Source of the DNA: Candidatus Xenobia bacterium | GTDB taxonomy: Bacteria; Vulcanimicrobiota; Xenobia; Xenobiales; QWHO01 | Reading direction: 5' to 3' | NCBI GenBank assembly: GCA_045863235.1 | Contig: BTUM01000018.1 | Span: forward strand, 1-64,000 | DNA length: 64,000 bases | Part shown: positions 32,421 to 42,400 of the stretch, one piece after another | Layout of the letters: each line of letters begins with the position of its first letter | Numbering within the stretch: position 1 is the first letter of the stretch | Notes under the pieces: model-generated | What the model saw: only the letters and a program-made list of their open reading frames with translations | Told to the model about the DNA's origin: nothing | Databases searched by the model: none | Program-made: the position numbers and the translations under genes

Positions 32421-32704
32421 CGGGCTTTCACCTCGCCTTCCACGACCGGGGATGGGCTCTGGACGGGCCTCATCTCCCCCAGGGCCGGGGGAGCAACATC
32501 GCCCTTGACCCGGGGCGCCTCCACCTCGCCCCGCATGCGCGGGGGCTCGGGCGATGGGGTGGACGACGGACTGGGCGGCGGTGTCGGGGGCGGATCCTTC
32601 TGGGCCATGGCCCAGCGGCTCACCAGCCCGGCACCGGCCATGGCCGTGCCGGCGAACAGCATGTCGGCGATGAAGCGGCGGCGCTTGAGGCGATCTTCCG
32701 ACAT
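32417..32704 (-). CDS. Tat-signal Pro-rich small protein 1 (putative radical SAM substrate), 95 aa
   Basis: True start at ATG 32704 overlaps the rSAM stop (TGATG). KRRRFIADMLFAGT signal with an AMA|Q cleavage-like site. Confidence 0.78.
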   Translation of the reverse strand: MSEDRLKRRRFIADMLFAGTAMAGAGLVSRWAMAQKDPPPTPPPSPSSTPSPEPPRMRGEVEAPRVKGDVAPPALGEMRPVQSPSPVVEGEVKAR

Positions 32705-33735
32705 CAGGCGGCCACCATCTGCAGCTCTTCGAGATACTGCCGGGCGGCTTCCACCGAGTCGCCGATCAGCTCGGCGAAGAAGCGGTGTACGCTCAACTGC
32801 TGCTGGATGTCGCCCGGCATCAGCGACACGCAGGCGCAGGGGCCGCTGGTGCCGCACGAGGACATCTTCTCGGCCGAGCAGCTGGTCACCGCCTGCACCC
32901 GATCGAGCAGCGGGCCGGTGTCCACCGTGCCTACCTGCACATCCACCCTGGTATCGGTGCCCACCAGGCGCGAGCAGGGGTAGAGCTTGCCCCGCGGCGA
33001 GACGGCCACGTCTTTGACCCCGAAGCTGCAGTGAGAGGTACGCGGCGCGCGCGGGTGCTGATCGGCAAACGGCGAGACGTGGTAGGGCTCGGGGGTGGCC
33101 ATGGAGAGGAAGACCACCCGGGCCATGTCGTGATAGACCCGGCGGGCCGTCTCGCGGGCGGCCTCGTCCCAGGCGGCCTCCATGTTGGGCAGCAGCGAGA
33201 CGCGCGAGACGCCCAGGCGGTACATCTGCTCCAGGGCGGCCGGAACCCCGCCGATGGTCTCGGGGTTGAGTACCATCAGCACGTGCAGGCGCTCGAGCGC
33301 TTCGGTGGCCGCCTCCAGGTTGCGCCACACCAGCTCGGAGGAGCTGCGCCCGTTGACGAAGGGGCGATGGCGGTCGTGGTCGGCCCCCATCCCGTCGATG
33401 CTGAGGGCCACCCAGAAGCCGTAATGGCGCAGGAAGTCGAGCTGCTTTTTGGTGAGGATGGTGGCGTTGGTGGTCAACGACAGCTCCAGGCGCCGGCCCT
33501 GGCGCTCTGCAAGGCGCGTGGCCAGGCGGGTCAGCCGGCTCATGGTCTTGAACTGCAGCATCGGCTCCCCGCCAAAGAACGAGACCCCCACGGTCTCCTC
33601 ACGCGGCCCGTGGAAGGCCATCTTGAGAGCCTTCCAGCCCAACTCCACCGGCATCGAGCGGTTGAACTTGTCGCCTGTGTAGCAGTAGCTGCAGGCCAGG
33701 TTGCACTGATGGGTCAGAACCAGCGAGACGCGCAC
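32704..33735 (-). CDS. Radical SAM protein with a C-terminal SPASM/twitch-like Cys region
   Basis: CNLACSYC motif, FFGGEPML, TTNAT, LSIDG, and C-terminal HCSFG...GKLYPC plus C-x7-C-x5-CAC. Confidence 0.9.
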   Translation of the reverse strand: MRVSLVLTHQCNLACSYCYTGDKFNRSMPVELGWKALKMAFHGPREETVGVSFFGGEPMLQFKTMSRLTRLATRLAERQGRRLELSLTTNATILTKKQLDFLRHYGFWVALSIDGMGADHDRHRPFVNGRSSSELVWRNLEAATEALERLHVLMVLNPETIGGVPAALEQMYRLGVSRVSLLPNMEAAWDEAARETARRVYHDMARVVFLSMATPEPYHVSPFADQHPRAPRTSHCSFGVKDVAVSPRGKLYPCSRLVGTDTRVDVQVGTVDTGPLLDRVQAVTSCSAEKMSSCGTSGPCACVSLMPGDIQQQLSVHRFFAELIGDSVEAARQYLEELQMVAA

Positions 33736-33770
33736 GGGCTACCCCCTCGGGCGAAATGAGCTTTGCTTGC

Positions 33771-33779
33771 ATGGTAGCA
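33771..33779 (-). promoter_or_regulatory. Possible extended -10 promoter element of the rSAM operon
   Basis: TGCTACCAT on the minus strand about 36 bp upstream of the GTG start, followed by a GAGGGGG RBS-like sequence. Confidence 0.3.
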
Positions 33780-33830
33780 AACTCTCCCGGAATCTTCCCG
33801 GGCAACCGTCAAAAGGCCTGCGCTGGCTCG

Positions 33831-35255
33831 TCAGAGCAGGGGCACGAAAAGCCGGGCGACCCTGGTCCCCAGACGCGTGGCCAGGTTCAATCGCGTCAGC
33901 AGGTCGATGGAGAGCTTGCGAGCCACCGCAAAGTCGCTCGCGAGCATCGCTTCCATCTTCAGGGCGAAGGCCTGGTCAGCCACGATCAGGTTGCCCTCGA
34001 AGTTGAGGAACAAGGACCGGCTGTCCAGGTTCGAGCTGCCCACCCACGAGAGCCAGTCGTCCACCAGCATCACCTTGGAGTGGTTGTAATGGGGATACTC
34101 GTAGAACTGGATTCGGGTGTCACGAAGCTCGGGGATCAGGGCCAGCGCGGCCAGACGCATGGCGGGCTCGAAGCGAGCGGGGGGAAGAAGGATGCGCACC
34201 TCCACTCCCCGCAGATCGGCCATCTTCAAAGCTTTCAGGAGGGAAGAGTCGGGCAAGAAGTAGGGAGAGGCCAGCCACAGGCGGTGCCGGGCAGCGTTGA
34301 TGGACTCGAGGTAGGACATCACTCCAACCTGCATCGTATCGGCGGGCCCGCTGCTGAGGTAGGTGCAGGCCTGGTTTCCCCCGGCGGCCGGATGAGGCGT
34401 CCAGTCGACCGTGGGCAGCTCGCCCCGCGAGGCCCAGTAGAAGTCCTCGCAGAAGGCCAGCTGCACCCCCATCACGGCCGGCCCCTCGAGCACGGCATGA
34501 GTATCGCGCCAGGGGCCGAAGCGAGGGTCGCGGCCCAGGTGCCTGTCAGCGATGTTCATGCCTCCCACCAGGGCGACCCGCCCGTCCACCACGATGATCT
34601 TGCGATGGTTGCAGAAGTTCCACTGAAAGCTGTGACGCAGGCCTCGGGCGGCCCGGAAGGCCCTGGCATGGATGCCGGCTGCGCGCATCTCGTTGAGGAA
34701 GGCGCCTCGAATGGTGGGGCTGCCCAGCTCATCATAGACGAAGTAGACGCGCACTCCCTGGCGGGCCTTCTCGATCAGGTGTCGTTGCAGCGCCCGCCCG
34801 GAGTCGTCGTTGTGGACCTTGTAGAACAAGACCAGCACGTATTCCGTGGCCCGCTCGATCTCTTCGTGCATGCGAGCGTAGTGAGCCGGGCCGTCGATGA
34901 GTAGCTCCAGCTTGCACGAGTGGGTGAAAGGCGTGCGAGCGAGCTTCTCGAGCACCCGCAAGTTGGGGTCGTGGTAGCACCAGCGCGAAAGACCCTCCAG
35001 GATTTCGCGAATCGGCTGCGTCGAGCCTTGCCAGGCACTGGCTCTCAGCGGGTTGACGTAGCCTTCGAAGTGGGTGCTGCCGAAGACCAGGTAGAAGGGA
35101 AGCACCACGGCCGGGAAGGCCAGCAGGCTCAAAGACCAGGCCAGGGCTCCCTGGGGGGTGCTGGATTTCAAGATTGCATGCCCGGCGGCCAGCAGGCCCA
35201 GAAAGTGAAGGGTGGAGAGGACGATGAGCAAGGCTTCTCCCATGACGATGACCAT
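33831..35255 (-). CDS. cls: Cardiolipin synthase
   Basis: Two N-terminal TM helices, two HKD motifs (NHRKIIVVD, NHSKVMLVD), WRDTH and GSSNLDSRS. Confidence 0.9.
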   Translation of the reverse strand: MVIVMGEALLIVLSTLHFLGLLAAGHAILKSSTPQGALAWSLSLLAFPAVVLPFYLVFGSTHFEGYVNPLRASAWQGSTQPIREILEGLSRWCYHDPNLRVLEKLARTPFTHSCKLELLIDGPAHYARMHEEIERATEYVLVLFYKVHNDDSGRALQRHLIEKARQGVRVYFVYDELGSPTIRGAFLNEMRAAGIHARAFRAARGLRHSFQWNFCNHRKIIVVDGRVALVGGMNIADRHLGRDPRFGPWRDTHAVLEGPAVMGVQLAFCEDFYWASRGELPTVDWTPHPAAGGNQACTYLSSGPADTMQVGVMSYLESINAARHRLWLASPYFLPDSSLLKALKMADLRGVEVRILLPPARFEPAMRLAALALIPELRDTRIQFYEYPHYNHSKVMLVDDWLSWVGSSNLDSRSLFLNFEGNLIVADQAFALKMEAMLASDFAVARKLSIDLLTRLNLATRLGTRVARLFVPLL

Positions 35256-35336
35256 AGCGGTCTTTCCGCGGCCTGGGAATGACTCAGATCAATCCCGGGC
35301 AGGAGCGATCAGGCCGGCGGGACGAATCCGTCCCAG

Positions 35337-36305
35337 GTGCTGAGCCGACGCTGCTTTCTGGCCGGTCTGGTGGCGCTGGCCGCGGTCCCGGCCCGGGCCC
35401 GTCAGGCTACGGTCAGCCGGGCCCAGCTGAGCGACCTGATCAATCGCTCGAGCCCCCTCGCCCGCCAGATCCTGAACGGTTACGCGGCCGCCCCCGAGAG
35501 CTTTGGGGACGGCCTGCGCATTTCCCGCCTCGATCTCTGGCCCCTGGTCGAGGGCAAGCCGATGAACGACCTGGTGCAATGCGCCAACATCCTGGTCCAC
35601 GAGACATGTCATCTCTTTGCGCGCACTCAGGCCTTCGAGATGGATCGGCGGGCCCTGAGCGAGCCCGCCAGCCTGGTTGTTTTCCCAGAGCCGGGCAAGC
35701 GACTGTTCGTGCTCGGAGGGCCCAGCTTTCCGGCCCGTCAGGCGGTGAGCGCCTGCCCCGACTACCTGCGGGCCACTTTCCGCTTCAGCACCTACTTTGA
35801 CAGCTCCAACTCCCAACACGTCTGCCAGAAGGACGGCCTTTACGGCCTGCTCGACGAGATGAGCGCCTATTACTGCGGCAGCCGGGCGGCGGTCGAGCTG
35901 CTGACCTTCTTGAGCCAGAAACCGAAGCAGTATGCCGGCCTTTGGGCCGGGCTGCTGGCCGGTCCCGACGGTACCATGGCCGCCCAGCAAGAGTTCCGCG
36001 GCTACGTGCTGGCCTATCTCACCTGGGCTCGCGAGCACGAGAGCGAGGTGTTTCGCTCGCTGATGGCCAATCGCGGTCTGTGGCAGGCTTACGCGGCCAT
36101 CCAGAAGGCTTTCGCTGGCCTGGTGGAAGATTGGTATCATCGTCTGCCGGCACTGGCTCGGCAGGTGGGGGCCGAAGTGGCCCACGGGGCCATCCTGGTG
36201 CAGGGGCGGGGCTTGCGCCTGCAACAGGAGGGCTACCTCGAGCTCAAGTCCCGGTTGGACAAGGACCGCGAGCTGGGTGCCATGGAAGCTCGTTTGAAAG
36301 TATAA
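35337..36305 (+). CDS. Tat-exported hypothetical protein with an HExxH motif (possible metallopeptidase)
   Basis: SRRCFL Tat motif with ARA cleavage site, LVHETCH and a downstream LLDEMSAY. Confidence 0.65.
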   Translation: MLSRRCFLAGLVALAAVPARARQATVSRAQLSDLINRSSPLARQILNGYAAAPESFGDGLRISRLDLWPLVEGKPMNDLVQCANILVHETCHLFARTQAFEMDRRALSEPASLVVFPEPGKRLFVLGGPSFPARQAVSACPDYLRATFRFSTYFDSSNSQHVCQKDGLYGLLDEMSAYYCGSRAAVELLTFLSQKPKQYAGLWAGLLAGPDGTMAAQQEFRGYVLAYLTWAREHESEVFRSLMANRGLWQAYAAIQKAFAGLVEDWYHRLPALARQVGAEVAHGAILVQGRGLRLQQEGYLELKSRLDKDRELGAMEARLKV

Positions 36306-36329
36306 ACCTTCCAGGAGCGAGGAGGCGTC

Positions 36330-36686
36330 ATGGATCTCACCCCCGAGGATCGGATCAAGGTTTCTCAGGCCATCGCCAGCTGCTGGGCCATGCCCGAGTT
36401 CAAGGAACGCTTTCTGAGCGCTCCCCGCGAGGTGCTCGCCGAGCTTGGGGTGCAGATTCCTCCCGAGGTCGAGGTGCGCGTGGTCGCCGACACGCCCGAG
36501 GCGGTCTACGTCATTTTGCCTCGTCCCGATCTGCCCCAGTTCCTGGCCGCCGTGCTGCCCGGCGCCATCGGCCGCGAGCTGCGACTGGTGCAAAACGACG
36601 CGCGCCATCTGTACCTGCCGCTGCCCATGCCACCCTCGGGGTTGGTCAGCGCCATGCAGACCGGACTGGAGGGCATCGAGCCTTAG
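36330..36686 (+). CDS. NHLP (nitrile hydratase-like leader) domain protein
   Basis: CWAMPEFKERFLSAPREVLAELGVQIPPEVEVRVVADTPEAVYVILP leader pattern. GGAGG RBS. Confidence 0.75.
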   Translation: MDLTPEDRIKVSQAIASCWAMPEFKERFLSAPREVLAELGVQIPPEVEVRVVADTPEAVYVILPRPDLPQFLAAVLPGAIGRELRLVQNDARHLYLPLPMPPSGLVSAMQTGLEGIEP

Positions 36687-36765
36687 GTCCTGGGCTGAGG
36701 GGCCTGCAAGTGGCATAAACGGGATAGAAGACCCGGCGAGAGCTGGGTGACGAATCCTGAGACGG

Positions 36766-39447
36766 TCAGGGTCTGGCGAGGAGGTACACCTTGCCGTCCG
36801 CGGCGGTGACGAGCGAGAAATTACCTCGCATCATGCGGCCACCGAGCCAGTTGAAGGGTCCCTCTGGATCGGGGTTTCCGGTACGTCGGGTCGATGCCAC
36901 CACCGTATCCAGAGCCGTGGGTGCCCCACTGCGCGAGAACAGGACCGGCCCGCCGGCGTTGGCTCCCGCAACCTCGCCCTGGTCATTGATGGCCAGCCCG
37001 CTGCCGTTGCCCAGCGATCTGCCATCCACGGTGATCCGACCGTTGTCGGTCGCCAGGATCTGTCCTTCGTTATTCAGATCGATAGAGAACGGAGGCCCCG
37101 GAGTCGACAGGTTGCCGGGCGGGGGCGGCACCGGGATCGGAATCTTGAGCTCGGTCAGCGGATCGACATTGTAGAGGTTTTCGAGTACCGAAGGCTCCCT
37201 TCTGTGATCCTGAACATATGGGGTAATCACGGGTTTGAGCACGCCGCTGCTCAAATCCAGGCTGAAGTTCAAACCCACGATTCGACTGATCAAGCGGAGT
37301 GTAACCTTCACAGGAGTCTTGTCAAAGAGGCCCTTGTAGTTCGTGACCTCTAATGTGTCGCCCGGCTGAGCAGTGTCCGGCCGCGACCCGTTCCCGATCA
37401 GGAGCAGGTCGTCGTTGAGACCCGCGAGGGTGAAGCTCGCGGAGCCAAGCTTGCTTGGGATGCCGACTGCTTGGGTCGGCGCAAAACCCTGGTCCAGAAG
37501 GTCTTTGGTATCGGCTTGAACCGCCACGGCGACCCAGGCATCAAGCCCCTCCTGGAAAGTCCCGACCGCGTATGACCCCACACCCTGGGAACCCTCGACA
37601 CGGTCAGTCAAGAACAGGGGAATGAAGCTCGTTAGGCTCGCGCCCTTCGGAGGAGTGACTTCGAGTCTCTGCCCCTCGGAGGAGACATAGAAGACCTTCT
37701 TGGATGATTCGTCTTTGTACAAGACATCATCGTCACTGTTCAAAGCGGCAGCCTGGGACCCGGTAGACGCGATCTGCACCGGGTCTGCGCCAAAGGGTTT
37801 GAGGAAAAGGCCACTCTGGGTGGAGTCACCCGAAGCCGCGTTGTAGAGCACCGTGCCAGCGTCGTTCACGCCCAGGTATTGCACGCCCGGAGGATTAGGA
37901 AGTTCGTAGAGGCCCGGTGGAAGGACTCGAAATGTGATCAGAATGCTGCGACGGTCCACCATGAATTCATAGGTGGCTTCAGATTCGACTGGAGCTCCCT
38001 CCGGAGCAATAAACTCAACTGCCAGATCGGGCAAGTATTCTTTGACGTCATCCTTGGTGCCGGGAGTAGGCCTGAAAAAGGGCGGGTCAAAATGATGTAT
38101 CTCCTGGATGCCAAAGAAGCTCGTCAAGTATTTACCCGCGGTTCTTCCTGGCGGCGTAGGGACGTTAAGACGACCCCCGATCTCATTCCTGATTTCCTTG
38201 ATCTTTGTAATCCCAAAAGCACCGTTATTGTGCAGGACAAATCGCGCACGCCGGGAGAACCCTACCACCACCACGCTCGGTCGACGGGGAGAAGCCTTCA
38301 CGACTTTGTCTCCGGGCAATAGACAGGCGAGGTCACCCATGTTGATCATCGAGCAATTTCGGCCCTTATGATTCTGGTAGCATGAAAGGTCGGCAAATTT
38401 CAAAGTCGGATCGTCTTGCTTATCCGCCCGCAACCTGGTCAAGACGTCCTCGGCATTCTCAACCACGTTGTCGCCGGAACCCTCGGGGAAGAGCAACGCT
38501 GGCAGCACGAGCACGAGCGAGCGACGCAGAAGCTCGTACTCAAGGTCAGAGGCAAAGTTTTCGTTGAGACACGCGTTGACTTTGATGAACTGATCGCAAG
38601 TACTGAAGAAATACTTGACTTCGGCAGGAACGTCATCTCGGAACCTGGCTATCCCGTCATCAATGACGCAGTTCTGAACTGCCTCTGCAGGGGTGGCCGC
38701 CGCGTAAGGAACCTTCGGATCCGCGTAGGTCCCCAACCTCCCGGCGACCAGTTGGCGACGCTTGTTAAACGATAGAAGGGGAGGGAGCAGATCCGCCTCA
38801 GATGGAGGATCGAGTGTAGGGCCAATGGCGGCCGCTTGAATCGGGTCGGTCGTCCGAGGCTGGAGCCGGCCGCAAAATTCATCGATGTCACCGAAGCTCA
38901 TCCCACAGGGTCCATTGAAAATGAGCGGAACAATGACGGGATGGCCTCGGTCTCTGGCGATGCCCAGTTGCTCCACGGTGAACTCAAACGCTAAGCCAGG
39001 CTCAGAGGGGTGATAGAAGAAGCCGACGCTAGCGTCCGCTGGCTCCTGAAAGGCGAATGCACCATCCGCGTCCACCAGCACCTGCTGACTGCCCAACTCG
39101 GCTGTCCAACCGGCGGCAGGGGAGAGCGGCCAGATCACCATCTCTCCCTCCCCCAAAACCTGAAGATCACCCGACTCGATCTCGGCTTTCCCCTGGAGCA
39201 CTGCGGCACGTTCGCGTTCTGGAACCGCCATGACGGCAAGGGTTGCAACTCTCCCGGAGAAGGCCGGCGTGGTAGGGACTTGCGGTTGAGGGTTGACCTC
39301 ACCCCCGCCAGCCCCGACTGTGGTGGAACCCGATCCGCCGCAACCGCCAGCGACAGGAGCCAGAAGCAGGAGAACCAGGCCGAGCATCACTGCCCAATGC
39401 GTTGGGCCGACAACCGGTGGTCGGGAAACCGCTCGAGGGATTTTCAT
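36766..39447 (-). CDS. Large lipoprotein with a Cys-rich central region and C-terminal HAF-like repeats
   Basis: Lipobox AGGC followed by GGSGS. Repeats GVNDAG, LNSDDD, LNDDL, LNNEGQ and INDQGEVAG. Confidence 0.7.
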   Translation of the reverse strand: MKIPRAVSRPPVVGPTHWAVMLGLVLLLLAPVAGGCGGSGSTTVGAGGGEVNPQPQVPTTPAFSGRVATLAVMAVPERERAAVLQGKAEIESGDLQVLGEGEMVIWPLSPAAGWTAELGSQQVLVDADGAFAFQEPADASVGFFYHPSEPGLAFEFTVEQLGIARDRGHPVIVPLIFNGPCGMSFGDIDEFCGRLQPRTTDPIQAAAIGPTLDPPSEADLLPPLLSFNKRRQLVAGRLGTYADPKVPYAAATPAEAVQNCVIDDGIARFRDDVPAEVKYFFSTCDQFIKVNACLNENFASDLEYELLRRSLVLVLPALLFPEGSGDNVVENAEDVLTRLRADKQDDPTLKFADLSCYQNHKGRNCSMINMGDLACLLPGDKVVKASPRRPSVVVVGFSRRARFVLHNNGAFGITKIKEIRNEIGGRLNVPTPPGRTAGKYLTSFFGIQEIHHFDPPFFRPTPGTKDDVKEYLPDLAVEFIAPEGAPVESEATYEFMVDRRSILITFRVLPPGLYELPNPPGVQYLGVNDAGTVLYNAASGDSTQSGLFLKPFGADPVQIASTGSQAAALNSDDDVLYKDESSKKVFYVSSEGQRLEVTPPKGASLTSFIPLFLTDRVEGSQGVGSYAVGTFQEGLDAWVAVAVQADTKDLLDQGFAPTQAVGIPSKLGSASFTLAGLNDDLLLIGNGSRPDTAQPGDTLEVTNYKGLFDKTPVKVTLRLISRIVGLNFSLDLSSGVLKPVITPYVQDHRREPSVLENLYNVDPLTELKIPIPVPPPPGNLSTPGPPFSIDLNNEGQILATDNGRITVDGRSLGNGSGLAINDQGEVAGANAGGPVLFSRSGAPTALDTVVASTRRTGNPDPEGPFNWLGGRMMRGNFSLVTAADGKVYLLARP

Positions 39448-39457
39448 CTTACGCTCC

Positions 39458-42400
39458 TTAACGCGTAATGCCGAACGGGCTGTTGAACCCCGCGAACGGA
39501 GAACCCGTGATGGCGGTCAGTGCGGCTGTGGTCGGGTCCACCAGGAAGGCGGCCAACCGGGTCGAGGCGGTAACGTAGAGGCCGAACTGACCTCCGGTGA
39601 GGTTGAGGTCGGCAAACTGGTGCGGGTTTGCATTCCCGACCGGGACGGGAGCGCCAAGCGAGACCGGCTGACCGGCAGCATTGATGCTGAAAGCGGAGAT
39701 GGTGTCCTCCGGCGGACCGTTGGCGCAGAACAGCAGGTTCCCGACCACGGGATGCACCAGGTGGTGAAGAGCGCCGCTGGCCGCGCCTCCGGAAGGAACG
39801 CTTCCCAGGAAGCTCAGGCCGCCGGTAGCCAGATTGATGTCGAAGGCCGAAATCGTATCCGGAGCCGGGCCCTGGTTAGTGATATAGAGCCTGCTCCCGA
39901 CCACGGCCAGGCCTCCCGGATTCACGCCGACCCCGATGGGAGTTACCGGGCCCGGAGTCAAGAGCCCGGTCGCATTGTCGTAACTGAAGGAATGGACGTT
40001 GTTTCCGCCTCCGTTCCCCTGGATGACGAACAGGAGGTCGGGGCCCCCGCCGGTCGAGGCGCGGAACGCCAGCTCGTTGGGCTGCGAGCCGCCGGGAATG
40101 GGAACGGAGTTGGTGCTCAGCACATTGCCGGTGCTCGGGTCGAGGCGAATCGCGTAGACGTTGGCCTCGAACTCGGCCAGCACGAACACGGCATTCACCC
40201 CGTTGCTGGCGATGTGCAGCGGATTGAAGTTGGTGCTGAAGGGAGGGGCCGTTGGAGAACTGGCCGCCGGAGTCAAGGTCCCGGTCACCGAGTCATAATG
40301 GAAGACGCTGAGTTGGCAAGCTCCCGTCGCTTCCACGAGATCGGCACAGACGATCAGGTTCGACACCCTTTCGACTGCGTGCGTGCGGCCACTGGTCGCG
40401 AAGGGAGAGCCCGAGACAAGGACCGGAACGCCCCCCGAATCGACAGCCAGAGAATTGACCCCTCCGGTCCCGCTGTTGTCGTTGGCCACGAAGAGGTGAC
40501 CTACCAGAGCCATGCCAGGGTTCAACCTTACGTCGAACGCCTGCGTCGAAGCCGAGCCCAGCCCGGGGCTGGTGGCCAGAAGCACCCTGGAAAACCTCTC
40601 GGTATCCAACCTGAGGTTGTCGAACACGGCCACGCCGTTGACGGCCCTGCGCACCAGTTGGCCGCTTAGAGTGCCGTCAAATCCGGCGGCACTCTGGACG
40701 ATGGCCAGAGTGATCTCGTTGGTCGCTCCGGCCACCCGGCCATTGAGGTCCCAGACTTCTACAGTCAGGGTGAAAGGAGCGTTGGGGGCAACACTCGCCG
40801 GCGGCTGGCCGGTGACGACCAGGCGGACGGGTCCGAAGACCGTCACCTCCGCATCTGCAATCTCGTTGTCCAAAATCGCGCAAACTCTGGTCGTGCCGGC
40901 GGCCCGGGCCGTGGCCTGACCGTTGGCCCCGAACGAAAGAACCTCCGGGCGCAGGGAGATCCAGCGAACCCGATTCGTAAGGTCGCGAGACGAGCCGTCC
41001 ATGAAGACCCCCACCGCCCTGAACCCTGCGGTGGTCCCTTGATTGAGAGAAGCCGGCGATTGGATGCTCAAGCTCTGCAAGGCCGGATCCTGGACGAACA
41101 GGTCAACCCAGGTCCGGTTGCCTCCGAAGGAGGCCTCGATGTTCGTCCTTCCGGCCGCCAGGCCGGTCGCAAGTCCACCGCCCTCGATGCTGGCGACGGT
41201 CGCATCGCTGGAAGTGAAACGGGACTGGGAGGTGACCTCACGGACCGAGCCGTCGAGCAAGGTGCCGAGCACCCTGAAGGCGACCGTGGCACCGATCCCG
41301 ATGTAGTGGCCGACGGGCTCTCGATCCGTGATCGGCCGCGGCAGAAGTTGGAGGTGGCTTCCCGGAGGATACTCAATGGTGAACCGAGCGCTGCCGTCCT
41401 TCGCCTTCACGCGGGGAGAAGTGGGAAACGGAATGAGGGTGGGCCCGGACGGATTCAAGGTGGCGGTCACCGTGACCTGACCCGGGAATTCCCCACGCAA
41501 AAACTTCCCATCTAGAGAGGCGACTTCGCTGGCCTCGATCGAAAAGGCGGCCGAGTTCGTGACATCCTGGATCTCCCCGTCGCTCCAGGTCGCCGTGGCT
41601 CGAAGCGGGGCCACTTCGCCGGGCCGCAGCGGCCCCAGAAACTCGGTCTGCGAGACCTCGGGGGGCGCTCCCGGCGGAGCCAATTGGTCGCGCAGCGGCT
41701 CGCGAAGACTCACCGTGACTCTATCGACGGTGGGAGGCACGACCTGGATGAAGCCCTGGGTGGAGGCACCGCTAGGGTGTCGGCAAGTGATGATCACCAA
41801 CCCGTCCTTGAGGGCTTCCACCCGCGTCTTCTTGCCTCGGGCCTTGAGAACTCGGACTACCGTAGGATCACTGCTCTCCCATAAGCCAACGGCCGGGCTG
41901 AAAGGAGCTCCCTGGGCGAACGCGCCTTCTGCCTCCAACTCGAGGATCCGACCGATTCGCAAAAGCGTGGGCTGTTGGTCGAGCGCCTTGACGCTCATCG
42001 AAATGGGCAGGCGGGGATTCTCAAATGTCTTCCCCTGGAGAACGCGGTTGTCCGGGGGACCCTGGAAGTAGGATTTGTCCTTGCCAACCTGTTCCGTGAC
42101 GTCCACGGCCGAACGGTTGGACAGGTCCACGGCAAAACTGGTCCACTGGTGGTTGGCGGTCCACTGGAGAACGTGCTGCAGGGTGGACTCGAGAGTTGGA
42201 ACCTGGCCGCCGGTATCCGGGTAGCGGGTCTGCAAGCGTACCCGCAGCACATCCTGGCGAAGGGAGAGGTCATTGATGGCGATGGGTTGAGGAAACCCCG
42301 GCAAGCTCTGGAAGAACTTCGTCTTCGTGATGTCGGTCTTGATCTCCAGGAACCGCAGGTCGAAGTCGATATCGCTCTCCGGCGGCGTCACGACCTCGCC

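Noticed and set aside
32705..33328. N-terminal extension of the 303-aa ORF 32417-33328
   Set aside because: Overlaps the rSAM gene out of frame. Paralogy with the two neighbours fixes the real start at 32704.
31864..33735. Assignment as a ranthipeptide/SCIFF or anaerobic sulfatase maturase locus
   Set aside because: The small proteins are nearly Cys-free, the enzyme has no RRE, and no sulfatase is nearby.
36330..36686. Nitrile hydratase alpha subunit
   Set aside because: Lacks the CxLCSC metal-binding motif, and no beta subunit gene is present.
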